Shown in pieces: positions 8,581-17,393 of a stretch of DNA of 64,000 nucleotides (positions are counted from its first letter, which is position 1; every line of letters starts with the position of its first letter). Source of the stretch: a virus; IMG/VR virus record IMGVR_UViG_3300027770_003399, positions 32,001 through 96,000 of that record; one strand, 5' to 3'. A model generated the notes under the pieces. It was not told where the DNA came from. It saw only the letters and a program-made list of their open reading frames with translations, and searched no databases. Position numbers and translations under genes: made by a program.

Positions 8581-9291
8581 ATGCAGTCAAGTAAGGGAAA
8601 TGATAAACTCGGAACGGGTTGTAGAGTTGTTAGCAGAGCGGTTGGTGATAGCTGCCCGCCAACGTGCGATTTTCTAGGCATAGATTGTTATGCTGAGGGT
8701 ACCGAGCGAATTTTTAAGGCTTCGCGAGCGGTGGGCTTGCGAAATATGATCACCGAAGCGGGCAAAATCCGAAGTTTGATTCTTACCACTATCGAAGAAA
8801 AAAGATCATTACGCTGGCACGAACGTGGCGACCTGCTGAAAAACGGGCAACTAGACTTGGAATATATCGGCAATATTGTAAAGGCTTGTGAAAGTATTCT
8901 AGCCGACGGTATCGCATTACCTCATATGTGGATGTATTCTCATGTTTATGATAGCCGTGTTGTTGATATGCTAGGAAAGTATATTGTACTGTATGCTAGT
9001 ATCCACAATAAAGAGCATAAAGAGCAAGCTATAAAAGCGGGGTATACTCTATTCGCATGGTGTGATACCTTAAAAGTTTATAGTCCCAAAAAGCCTCGCG
9101 GCAAAAAAGCCGTGGAATGGAAAAAAGCTCTTCCTAAGCTGGCCATAATTGACGGTGACAAATATGTTACCTGCCCAGAAATGCGACGGGGTCGAGAGGA
9201 GGGTGGGGTAACTTGCACCGGGACAAAAGATTCGATACCATGTAATTTGTGTGTTAAGGGCTTGGCGAATGTTTTATTTTTGAACCACTAA
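8581..9291 (+). CDS. GP88-like Cys-rich phage protein
   Basis: CPPTC...CYA, RWHERGD and a C-terminal CP...TC...C..C, as in GP88-family proteins. Confidence 0.7.
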   Translation: MQSSKGNDKLGTGCRVVSRAVGDSCPPTCDFLGIDCYAEGTERIFKASRAVGLRNMITEAGKIRSLILTTIEEKRSLRWHERGDLLKNGQLDLEYIGNIVKACESILADGIALPHMWMYSHVYDSRVVDMLGKYIVLYASIHNKEHKEQAIKAGYTLFAWCDTLKVYSPKKPRGKKAVEWKKALPKLAIIDGDKYVTCPEMRRGREEGGVTCTGTKDSIPCNLCVKGLANVLFLNH

Positions 9292-9469
9292 AAGAAAGAG
9301 TGTCTATGAATTATAGTATTGAAACGTCTGAAAGTATACAGGAAGATATACTTACTTGTATTGAGGGGTTTTCTGTCAAGGGGAAGATTACAGATATTGA
9401 ACGGCTGAATGATGCTTTATGTCAGATTATTGTAGACAGAAGGAAGTTATTAAATAAAGGAACTTTGTA

Positions 9470-9808
9470 ATGGGAAAATACTATGTTACTTGTGGAACAT
9501 TGGAAGTTATAGTTCAGGCAGATAATCCCCAACATGCAGTTTGTACTGCATTAGACCAAGCAAATAAAAATGACGAATTAGATGATGGTATAGTTGTAGA
9601 TGAAAGAGGTTTTAGGTATCTTGATCCAGTAAAGGTAGCTAGAAACGAAGCTCCGCCAATGTCTGATGTAGTAAAATGGTTATGGGAAAATGATAATATA
9701 GAAAAATCGGAAAATGTTATGTTCTTTGTACCACAACATTATTTTAGCTTGGAAAATTTTATGGAAGTTATGGGTGATGATGATGATGATGATTTTGAAG
9801 ATGAATAA
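9470..9808 (+). CDS. hypothetical protein with an acidic tail
   Basis: ORF track; AAGGA RBS. Confidence 0.55.
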   Translation: MGKYYVTCGTLEVIVQADNPQHAVCTALDQANKNDELDDGIVVDERGFRYLDPVKVARNEAPPMSDVVKWLWENDNIEKSENVMFFVPQHYFSLENFMEVMGDDDDDDFEDE

Positions 9809-9821
9809 ATAGTGGTGGCCC

Positions 9822-10013
9822 TAAGTCCTTTGTGCTTAAACACTTAGGACAAACGGGCGGGGCCCCGAAATTTGTAAGTTCTTTAGTACCAACGACTTAC
9901 GACTCTTAAAATATTTTTATTTTTTCTAAAAGAATTATTGTTATTTGGCACGGGAAATTATTCCGAAAAATTTCTAAACTAGGGCTTGCATTAAGTCGAT
10001 GATATGGTAGAAT
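9822..10013 (+). repeat. paired-palindrome/promoter element copy 10
   Basis: A 9822-9846, B 9875-9899, TTGCAT 9986-9991, TAGAAT 10008-10013. Confidence 0.9.
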
Positions 10014-10063
10014 CATGTTATGGGAACGAATGACGGTAAACACTTTTTGAAAGGGATGATGCT

Positions 10064-11008
10064 ATGAGTCATGCAGTAGAGACGATGTTTTTTGTTCGAG
10101 AGACCCCTTGGCACGGGCTTGGGGTAAAGTTGGAGGAAGCACCGACTGTGTCGGAAGCGATTGTCGCTGCTGGTCTCGATTGGACTGTAGGGTTGAAAGA
10201 CCTGTTCACCGCCGAAGGTCAACCAGTTCCAGCAAAGGCGACGTATCGTGAGACGGACGGGTCTATTCTGGGTGTTGTTGGCCCACGGTATAGCCCGCTC
10301 CAAAATGCTTCGGCATTTGACTGGTTTCAGCCTTTTATCGACTCCGGCGAAGTATCGTTGCATACTGCCGGTAGTTTGAACGAGGGTTGCAAGGTATGGG
10401 TGTTGGCCGAGTTAAATCGTGAAAAGTCCGAGATCGTGAAGGGTGACGAGATTGCAAAGTTTGTACTCTTGTCAAATTCTCACGATGGTACGACCGCGAT
10501 TAGGGTCGGGTATACCCCGATCAGGGTGGTATGTGCAAACACGATGGCGATGGCCCATAGTTGCAAGGAATCTAAGCTGTTGCGTGTTCGACATACAAAG
10601 TCGAGTGCTCAAAAGCTCGAAGATATACGAGGCATTATGAATAACATAAACGCCGAGTTCGAGGCAACTGCGGAACAGTACAAATATCTTGCAAGCAAGA
10701 TGTTCAATAGTGCTGACCTTCTTAAGTATGTTAAGATCATTCTGGACATTGAATTGTCTACTCCGAGTTCTGAGATTAAAACCAGAACAAAGAATATCAT
10801 GAATGATATACTATCAAGGGTCGAGGGGCCAAAGCAAACGATGGCGGGTGTTAATGGTACATGGTGGGCCGCTTATAATGGGGTTAATGAGTACCTCAAT
10901 TATGAGAAGGGTCGAAGTGCTAATAACAGACTGGACTCGTTGTGGTTCGGGCTGAATGCTAACAGTAACAAAAGAGCTTTTGATACTGCACTAGCACTGG
11001 CTAGCTAA
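10064..11008 (+). CDS. DUF932 / TIGR03299-type phage-plasmid protein
   Basis: MSHAVETM...PWHGLG, F.PLQN..AF, ETAGSL-like HTAGSL..G..VW and NSHDG....R...TPIRVVC.NT motifs. Confidence 0.9.
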   Translation: MSHAVETMFFVRETPWHGLGVKLEEAPTVSEAIVAAGLDWTVGLKDLFTAEGQPVPAKATYRETDGSILGVVGPRYSPLQNASAFDWFQPFIDSGEVSLHTAGSLNEGCKVWVLAELNREKSEIVKGDEIAKFVLLSNSHDGTTAIRVGYTPIRVVCANTMAMAHSCKESKLLRVRHTKSSAQKLEDIRGIMNNINAEFEATAEQYKYLASKMFNSADLLKYVKIILDIELSTPSSEIKTRTKNIMNDILSRVEGPKQTMAGVNGTWWAAYNGVNEYLNYEKGRSANNRLDSLWFGLNANSNKRAFDTALALAS

Positions 11009-11013
11009 TTCGA

Positions 11014-11087
11014 GGGGGTGTAGCTCAACTGGTTAGAGCGTCGGCTTGTCACGCCGAAGGTTGCGGGTTCGAGTCCCGTCACTCCCG
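11014..11087 (+). tRNA. tRNA-Asp(GTC)
   Basis: Cloverleaf; TCGGC-TTGTCAC-GCCGA anticodon arm; TTCGAGT T-loop; no CCA. Confidence 0.95.
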
Positions 11088-11112
11088 CTTAATTTCACAA
11101 AACCGAGAGTCG

Positions 11113-11253
11113 TAAACCCTTACCACCAAAGGACTTACGATTTTCGGGCGGGGGCAAAATTTTTGTAAGTTGTTGTGGGATAAGGACTTATGAAAATTAT
11201 CTCAATTTCTTCAGACTTAGGCTCTTGACATTTGCTCTAAGTGTCGATATACT
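11113..11253 (+). repeat. paired-palindrome/promoter element copy 11
   Basis: A 11113-11137, B 11166-11190, TTGACA 11225-11230, 17 bp, TATACT 11248-11253. Confidence 0.9.
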
Positions 11254-11463
11254 AGTAATGGAAGTTGTTGGTGTGTATGGGTTTAGGAAGATTTCTAAAA
11301 TGACTTATGGAAAGGGGATCGGTCGTAAGTCTAAATCTTACAAAATTAAATATCTAATCTTACCCATCTTAACATATCGAGATCAAGTCTCATAACAGGC
11401 CACTCTACCCGGCCACAAATTTTAACCATAGTCAGGATTTTTCAGAGGCCCCTTTTGTTATTG

Positions 11464-11520
11464 CTAATCCCCCCGGATTGGTGGGCTTGGTGATAGTCAG
11501 CGAGATTCGTAGACCCTTTT
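11464..11520. repeat. hairpin-TAGTCAGCGAG family, single copy
   Basis: AATCC-CCCC-GGATT, then TAGTCAGCGAG at 11494. Confidence 0.85.
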
Positions 11521-11538
11521 ATTTTAAGGAATTATTAA

Positions 11539-11886
11539 ATGAATGATCTTGGAAAGAGACTGTCAGCTAAAGAGATGGACATACTGTTGGATCGACTCTC
11601 GATGGGAGAAAATATCAGCGAGTCGATAGAGAGGGATGTCGATCAGGAGGCGGAGAGTCTATATAATCTTATAAAAGATACAAGAAGGCTCCCACCGCAC
11701 CTAACAGAATCGAGTAAAGAGATTCTATTAAATGCAATAGAATGTTCTACGGTCTGTGATATGTATGGAAAGGCCAATAGGCGGGTGGTATTTAGTTTAG
11801 TAGATAAAATGGTAGCTGCTGGGATTGATGATCATATTTATATCCCTAATTATGGTCGGAGGCCGTGTCCATTCGGCTGTTCCTGA
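11539..11886 (+). CDS. hypothetical protein
   Basis: ORF track; AAGGA RBS. Confidence 0.55.
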   Translation: MNDLGKRLSAKEMDILLDRLSMGENISESIERDVDQEAESLYNLIKDTRRLPPHLTESSKEILLNAIECSTVCDMYGKANRRVVFSLVDKMVAAGIDDHIYIPNYGRRPCPFGCS

Positions 11887-11950
11887 ATGTGATCTTCCTG
11901 CTACACAAAACCACCTTTAGGACTTACCAACATGACATATTGTATTTCCT

Positions 11951-12000
11951 TATCTATCAAGATTGCTGGCCTTGATGATAGTCAGCGAGATTCGTGGCCC
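11951..12000. repeat. hairpin-TAGTCAGCGAG family, single copy
   Basis: ATCT-ATCA-AGAT, then TAGTCAGCGAG at 11979. Confidence 0.8.
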
Positions 12001-12137
12001 TCTTCAGATCGAACTTGTGACTCAATCTTACAAGTTGGCCCCACAAAATAAATTAAAGTGGGTCTTGACAAGTGTCGATGAGTATGGTATATTGGGATTG
12101 TGGATAAAAATTTATTATGCAAAGGAAAGGTTTAGAT

Positions 12138-12311
12138 ATGTCTAATAGTGCTGTTTTTACTTTGAGTGGTGGTCTTCTGGATGTTGTTAGTATTCCTAAG
12201 GGTATGGAAGTTATTGTAAGGGATTATGATCAGGATGAGGTTGACCCAGAACTCTTGTGTATTGATAAAGATGGTGGGAGATATATTGAGATTGTATATG
12301 ATGGGGAATGA
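12138..12311 (+). CDS. small hypothetical protein
   Basis: Follows a TTGACA(12065)-17-TATATT promoter; AGG RBS. Confidence 0.55.
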   Translation: MSNSAVFTLSGGLLDVVSIPKGMEVIVRDYDQDEVDPELLCIDKDGGRYIEIVYDGE

Positions 12312-12353
12312 TAGTTGTATAATAAATTGGTCTAATAATTAAATTAAAGGGGA

Positions 12354-12737
12354 ATGATTATGGGAATGGGTGCTAGTCCTTGCTCTGGTTGGGTTATTGG
12401 TTATAATGATCTTAAAAAGATTTGTCCAAAAGAAGTAGACCTTGTCGAAGGCGATGAGGAATTTGAGGATTGGGGTGAGGTATCTAGGGCATTTGAGTTC
12501 GATGAATTACCCGATAGTATTAAAAAATCTGTAGAAGATTTGGTTGGGAAATTCGGAATAAATACCAACCTAACCCTAAGTCTGGGGTTCTATGATGAAG
12601 AGGGTGGAGATAGATATGATCAGGTAGACTCTCACGAAGGCTGCGTCTTCTTTGTTGATGGGATGGTTTCGCTAACGCCCGCTGGGAAGAAGTTCAAGGA
12701 TGTTGTAAGAGAGCGACTTTGGACACAATATGGATAA
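12354..12737 (+). CDS. hypothetical acidic protein
   Basis: ORF track; GGGGA RBS. Confidence 0.6.
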   Translation: MIMGMGASPCSGWVIGYNDLKKICPKEVDLVEGDEEFEDWGEVSRAFEFDELPDSIKKSVEDLVGKFGINTNLTLSLGFYDEEGGDRYDQVDSHEGCVFFVDGMVSLTPAGKKFKDVVRERLWTQYG

Positions 12738-12917
12738 ATTTAAGGGGGATTATAATAAGGATGATAATTATATTATATTTACTTCTCAATATCTCAAGGA
12801 GTTAGGTGAGTGTTGTGGTGGTCAGTGTGAGAATTGTCCTTATAATCCTAAATATAAAATAGGATGTAAAACTATAAAAAATGATAAAAAGACGTAAGTC
12901 CCCCCTTGTTTTTACAC

Positions 12918-13692
12918 ATGACAACCATTACAATATCTATTGATGCAGGAGATAGTAGTCAGGAAGATATAAGGGACTATATGGAAGAATTAGCTTCTAG
13001 TATCAATATAAAAAATATTATGGGGGATTATAAATCCTTCTGGCAATTAAAAGATTATAAAATAACTAATGGGGAGGATACTCTTATTCATATATATCCT
13101 GATTATAATTTATGATTACAATTCCCCTGTCTACTAATTTGGATGGTCAGAGTTTATTAAAGTCTATTCAAGAACTTATTAACCTGCATAATAAAGATGG
13201 TAATGATATATCCCAACATGTTTTGGTAATAGAGGTTAAACCAACTGTTGATGTTGATCCTGAGTTTGGGAAACAAATGAAGGTAGCCAAACAAGTTATG
13301 TTAGAAGATCAAGAATCTCTAAGGAGGATGGGTCTATGAATGGGGAAATATTATCTGGGTCTTGGGTAAATAATTTAGATCATTTTACTGAATTAAATAT
13401 TAGAATACATGAGTTGGAAAAGGCTATTAGAAGTCATCAGAAGAATTTTAATGATCTTTATAATATTGCCATGTCTTCACGTTTTGTATTCCTTAATGAC
13501 CCGACTAATTTAGATATTAATAAAACTTTATGGGCTAGTGTAGATGATTCTGTCTGCAACCTATATGAGCCTCGCAATCCGTCGAAAAATGATTTTTACC
13601 CGGCACAGCGGCCTAATTTTAATGAAAAGGAGGTTATCGCTGACGATCTGATCCAGCGGTATACCAACTCCTTGAACGAACTCTCGAAATGA
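12918..13692 (+). CDS. three coupled hypothetical ORFs (12918-13115, 13112-13339, 13336-13692)
   Basis: ATGA start/stop overlaps. Confidence 0.55.
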
Positions 13693-13842
13693 ACGAACCC
13701 GATCCACTGATGGGAGAGTAAGAGATGATCGACGACCCTAAGCCCCGATTGTATGAGAATTAATCTATATTTCGTCTGTTTTCTCATATGATTGGGGAGG
13801 CTACTGTACCATTTAGTTGCAACCGACCAAATGGTCAACAAT

Positions 13843-14065
13843 TAGTCAGAGAATTTAGTAGACCCTTTTGTTTTTCCTAATGCGCCCAGATAGGCGGTCT
13901 TGGTGATAGTCAGCGAGTTTGGTAGACCCTTTTGTTTTTGCTAATCCACCGGGATTGGTAGTCTTGGTGATAGTCAGCGAGTTTAGTAGGCCCGTTTAAA
14001 AGGTGGGAGACTGTCTTGCCCTATCTACCAAGATTGGTTTCTGTGGTGATAGTCAGCGAGATTTG
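13843..14065. repeat. degenerate tandem cluster of the hairpin-TAGTCAGCGAG family
   Basis: TAGTCAG at 13843, 13907, 13971 (64-bp period) and 14050. Confidence 0.85.
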
Positions 14066-14604
14066 AAGTTTAATTTAGTATTATATTAGGCAAGGAGGCC
14101 ACATGAAAGTTCATACGGTACTATTAGTTTTTCTAATACTGGGAATCATATTAGTTTTATTTATAGAATATAATAGTGTAGGATTAGTGGGATCAACCTT
14201 TATAGAAACATCATTATAATTATATGGTGCAGGTAAGAAATTAACATGGGGAATAATTAATATTATATTTATGAATAATCATCATCACCTTAAATTCACC
14301 GACTGTTTATTTTTGACCCTTTTATTATGGGTGGGGTTTGGTACATTATATATTAGTAGTAAATATACTGTTGTTCTATTTGATACTGGTATGAATTGGT
14401 ATAGTAGAGCCTTGATTCAGAGTTTATATGAAAATGATTTAATAATTGGGGATACTAATGATTGACCATAATAATTATTATTAAAAAACCCCTTGACTTA
14501 TTACTTTCCCCACTGTATAATATATAAGATAGACTACCCATATTGACCAGTATAGATTTGGGAATATTTAATCCTATATTTATTTTATAGAAAGACTTAT
14601 AATT

Positions 14605-14760
14605 ATGGCTTGCAACAAGAAAATCCCTTGTAACAAAGATAAAAAGAGTGGTGCAGATAAAAAGGTTTGTAAAAAATCATGTAAGAAAGTTTGTGATAAA
14701 AATAAATCCCCCACTAATTTCTTTACCAGAGTGAAAAATTGGATATTGGGTATAAATTAA
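14605..14760 (+). CDS. Lys/Cys-rich miniprotein (51 aa, below the track cutoff)
   Basis: MACNKKIPCNKDKKSGADKKVCKKSCKKVCDKNKSPTNFFTRVKNWILGIN; open frame to TAA 14758-14760. Confidence 0.55.
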   Translation: MACNKKIPCNKDKKSGADKKVCKKSCKKVCDKNKSPTNFFTRVKNWILGIN

Positions 14761-15373
14761 CCATGACTATAAATAATCCTCAAAAAGAACAAAATACTAT
14801 CAATAGTCTCATATTTGTGGTACTAATCACTATAGGTTCTATGATTCTAATAGAAATATTAGTTCCAAACTTAAATAATTTTATATATAACCCCACTATT
14901 TCCCATACTACAATTCTAGATCATCCTGATTCCCCTGAATAATAATACTTTATGAACCTGAATATTGATTATATTAACTTAATTTCTCCTTATTTTAAGA
15001 CCCCGTGATAGATTATAGGGAAGAATGAGGAATACTAGGGGCAAAATAATAGTGATAATAATGGTCTTATAGTATCTAGGAAAAAATGGGTCAATAGGTA
15101 TCTTTAGTGTTATGTATGGTATTGGTAATAATAGTAATAAATAGCTTAATATATGTATAAAAATGTCTTATTGACCGTTAAAGAAATCAACCTTTTGAGT
15201 GGTATTTTAGACCAATATATTAGTCAAAATAGTTCAAATAAAAGTATACAATTAACCAACTTGACCATATTATCAAACACTTTAAATAGAGTTATTGATT
15301 ACAAAAAACCACCCATTATCTCCTAATCAGAATCTAATCAAATCATAATCAACCTATAATAATAAAGAATCAA

Positions 15374-16012
15374 ATGCCTCATAAAGATAAAGAAGAACGA
15401 AGAGAATACAAAAAAAAATACAATAAAAAATATCGTTTAGAACATATAGAAGAAAAAGAAGAACGAAGAGAATACAATAAAAAATATTATTTACAACATA
15501 AGGACAGAATAAGCACAACCACTAAAGAATATCGTTTAGAACATAAGGGTGAGAGGAAACCATATCAAAAAAAATGGTATTCAGAACATAAAGAAGAAAA
15601 AAGGGCTACAAACCGAAAATGGCGAAAAAATAAACATGATAACGATCCAATATATAAAAGAGTACATAATATAAAAAGTATATTTAAATACATACTCCTC
15701 AAGATAATAACAAATGGTAATATTACAGATAGGAATGATAGTCAGTGTTTGAAATATTTTGGAACTACTGTTGATGGGTTCAAAAAACATATTGAAAGTC
15801 AGTTTACCGACACTATGAGTTGGTACAATCATGGACAGATTTACAATCCTGATGCGTGGCAACTTGACCACATTATACGAATAGGAAGTTTTGACTTTAC
15901 TATTGAAGAAAACTTTACCAAAGCATTTCACTATACTAATACTCAGCCATTAATGTCGTCGGATCACCTAGAAAAAAGTAATAAAGAAAAAGGGGAAAAA
16001 TATGATAAATAA
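15374..16012 (+). CDS. HNH-like endonuclease with a repeated basic N-terminal helix
   Basis: YNKKY.L(E/Q)H repeats; WQLDHII...FHYTNTQPL...H..KSNK beta-beta-alpha-Me-like C-terminus. Confidence 0.75.
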   Translation: MPHKDKEERREYKKKYNKKYRLEHIEEKEERREYNKKYYLQHKDRISTTTKEYRLEHKGERKPYQKKWYSEHKEEKRATNRKWRKNKHDNDPIYKRVHNIKSIFKYILLKIITNGNITDRNDSQCLKYFGTTVDGFKKHIESQFTDTMSWYNHGQIYNPDAWQLDHIIRIGSFDFTIEENFTKAFHYTNTQPLMSSDHLEKSNKEKGEKYDK

Positions 16013-16565
16013 TGCTACAGAAATTTCTAACAACGAAGTAATAATCTTTGATGTTCCACAAATAGATTTTGAGTTACTAGAAACTAATGCTAAAAAAGCA
16101 GCAATTGGGGGAAAGTCTCAAATTAGAAGAAATGAAAATAGAAAACAGTATCTATACGAAGATCAATTAGTGGGGCAAATAGCCAATTATGCAGCATCGG
16201 TGGTTTTAACAAAATCTTCAGGGGGATATAAAGAGGCTAGGGAAATAGCTAATAATAATCCTTATAAGGGAGATGATGGGGTGGATATTATAGGATTGTC
16301 TAATGTGGATGTTAAGGGGAGTTTAATGAGATATTCTTCTGATCCATTAAGTTATAGACTTCTTGTGAGGCCAAGAGAACGACATGAAAATTGGATTTAT
16401 GTATTATGCTTGGTGCCGAAGGATATGAAAAGGTGTTATGTGGTTGGGTGGATTAAAGACGAGGACTTGCCAGCAAAAACTTATGAGGGGCCAATTGAAT
16501 CTCTACATGGGGCTTTTGTGGTTCCTGCGAAAAAATTAGAAAAAATGTCGGATTTCCCGATATAA
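16002..16565 (+). CDS. hypothetical protein, possible PD-(D/E)xK nuclease fold
   Basis: GDDGVDI...VDVK motif. Confidence 0.5.
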   Translation: MINNATEISNNEVIIFDVPQIDFELLETNAKKAAIGGKSQIRRNENRKQYLYEDQLVGQIANYAASVVLTKSSGGYKEAREIANNNPYKGDDGVDIIGLSNVDVKGSLMRYSSDPLSYRLLVRPRERHENWIYVLCLVPKDMKRCYVVGWIKDEDLPAKTYEGPIESLHGAFVVPAKKLEKMSDFPI

Positions 16566-16599
16566 TAAATCTATTACTATCGAAAGAATCGAACTATAT

Positions 16600-17289
16600 A
16601 TGAAAAAAGATATTATTCTTGTAGAAAATTTTTATAATGAGCCTCATAAAATAAGAGACTACGCTCTAAATGAATTAAAAACTAATAATTATTTACCGTA
16701 TGGATCACCTAGTTGGTATGCTTCTAAGTTCAAAGAATGGAACGAATGTCCATTTAAATCTTCTGAATCCTTAATAAATAGACTGAACGATATAGTTGAC
16801 GAAGAAATTGATTTAGACTTTTGGCGACAAGGCTATCCGGCTCATGGAAGTAGGGAAGACTCAATAAGAAATAATAATAAGAGTTGTAAATGGAACTGCA
16901 CCTTTCATATTAAACCTTTAACGGGACAAAAATTGGGCCAAGGAGTCCACAACCATGTAACAGACACTTGGAACTCCGTTGAAGAAAACGGATGGGTGGG
17001 ATTAATATACTTAAATCCAGATGCTCCAATTTATTCTGGCCTGTCTCTTTGGAACAATATAAATCAAGAAAAAAATTATGATTGGATGACCTCAGAAGAC
17101 AACTGGAGTCTCATAGATTCTTTAGGGGCTGTATTTAATAGATTAATATTATGCAGAGGCAGCAGGCCGCACAGTGGAGCGGATGGATTTTCTAATACTT
17201 TTGAAGAAGGACGATTGTATCAAACCTTTTTCTTTAAAACAAAACCTTCTACTGCTAAGGTTTATCAGTCGGTATCTATAAATACATAA
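16600..17289 (+). CDS. 2OG-Fe(II) oxygenase-like protein (DUF6445 type)
   Basis: IIxVENFYxEP, HxHxD, GLIYLNPDAP..SG, FNRL.L....PH and RLYQTFF motifs. Confidence 0.8.
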   Translation: MKKDIILVENFYNEPHKIRDYALNELKTNNYLPYGSPSWYASKFKEWNECPFKSSESLINRLNDIVDEEIDLDFWRQGYPAHGSREDSIRNNNKSCKWNCTFHIKPLTGQKLGQGVHNHVTDTWNSVEENGWVGLIYLNPDAPIYSGLSLWNNINQEKNYDWMTSEDNWSLIDSLGAVFNRLILCRGSRPHSGADGFSNTFEEGRLYQTFFFKTKPSTAKVYQSVSINT

Positions 17290-17393
17290 TGAAATGGATT
17301 ATCAGAAAAAATGTCGGATTTCCCTAAATTCTAGTTGACAAGCAGTCGATATGTGGTATGATGATGGTCTATCAATAATTAAGGAACATATCT

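Noticed and set aside
11120-11127. TTACCACC matches the right guide of copy-2 hairpin 3
   Set aside because: An 8-mer is expected about twice by chance in 128 kb of two-strand sequence, and the adjacent bases do not match the partner guide
646-11190. Integron attC cassette array
   Set aside because: No integrase in the window, no RYYYAAC/GTTRRRY ends, and each cassette has its own promoter; kept only as an analogy
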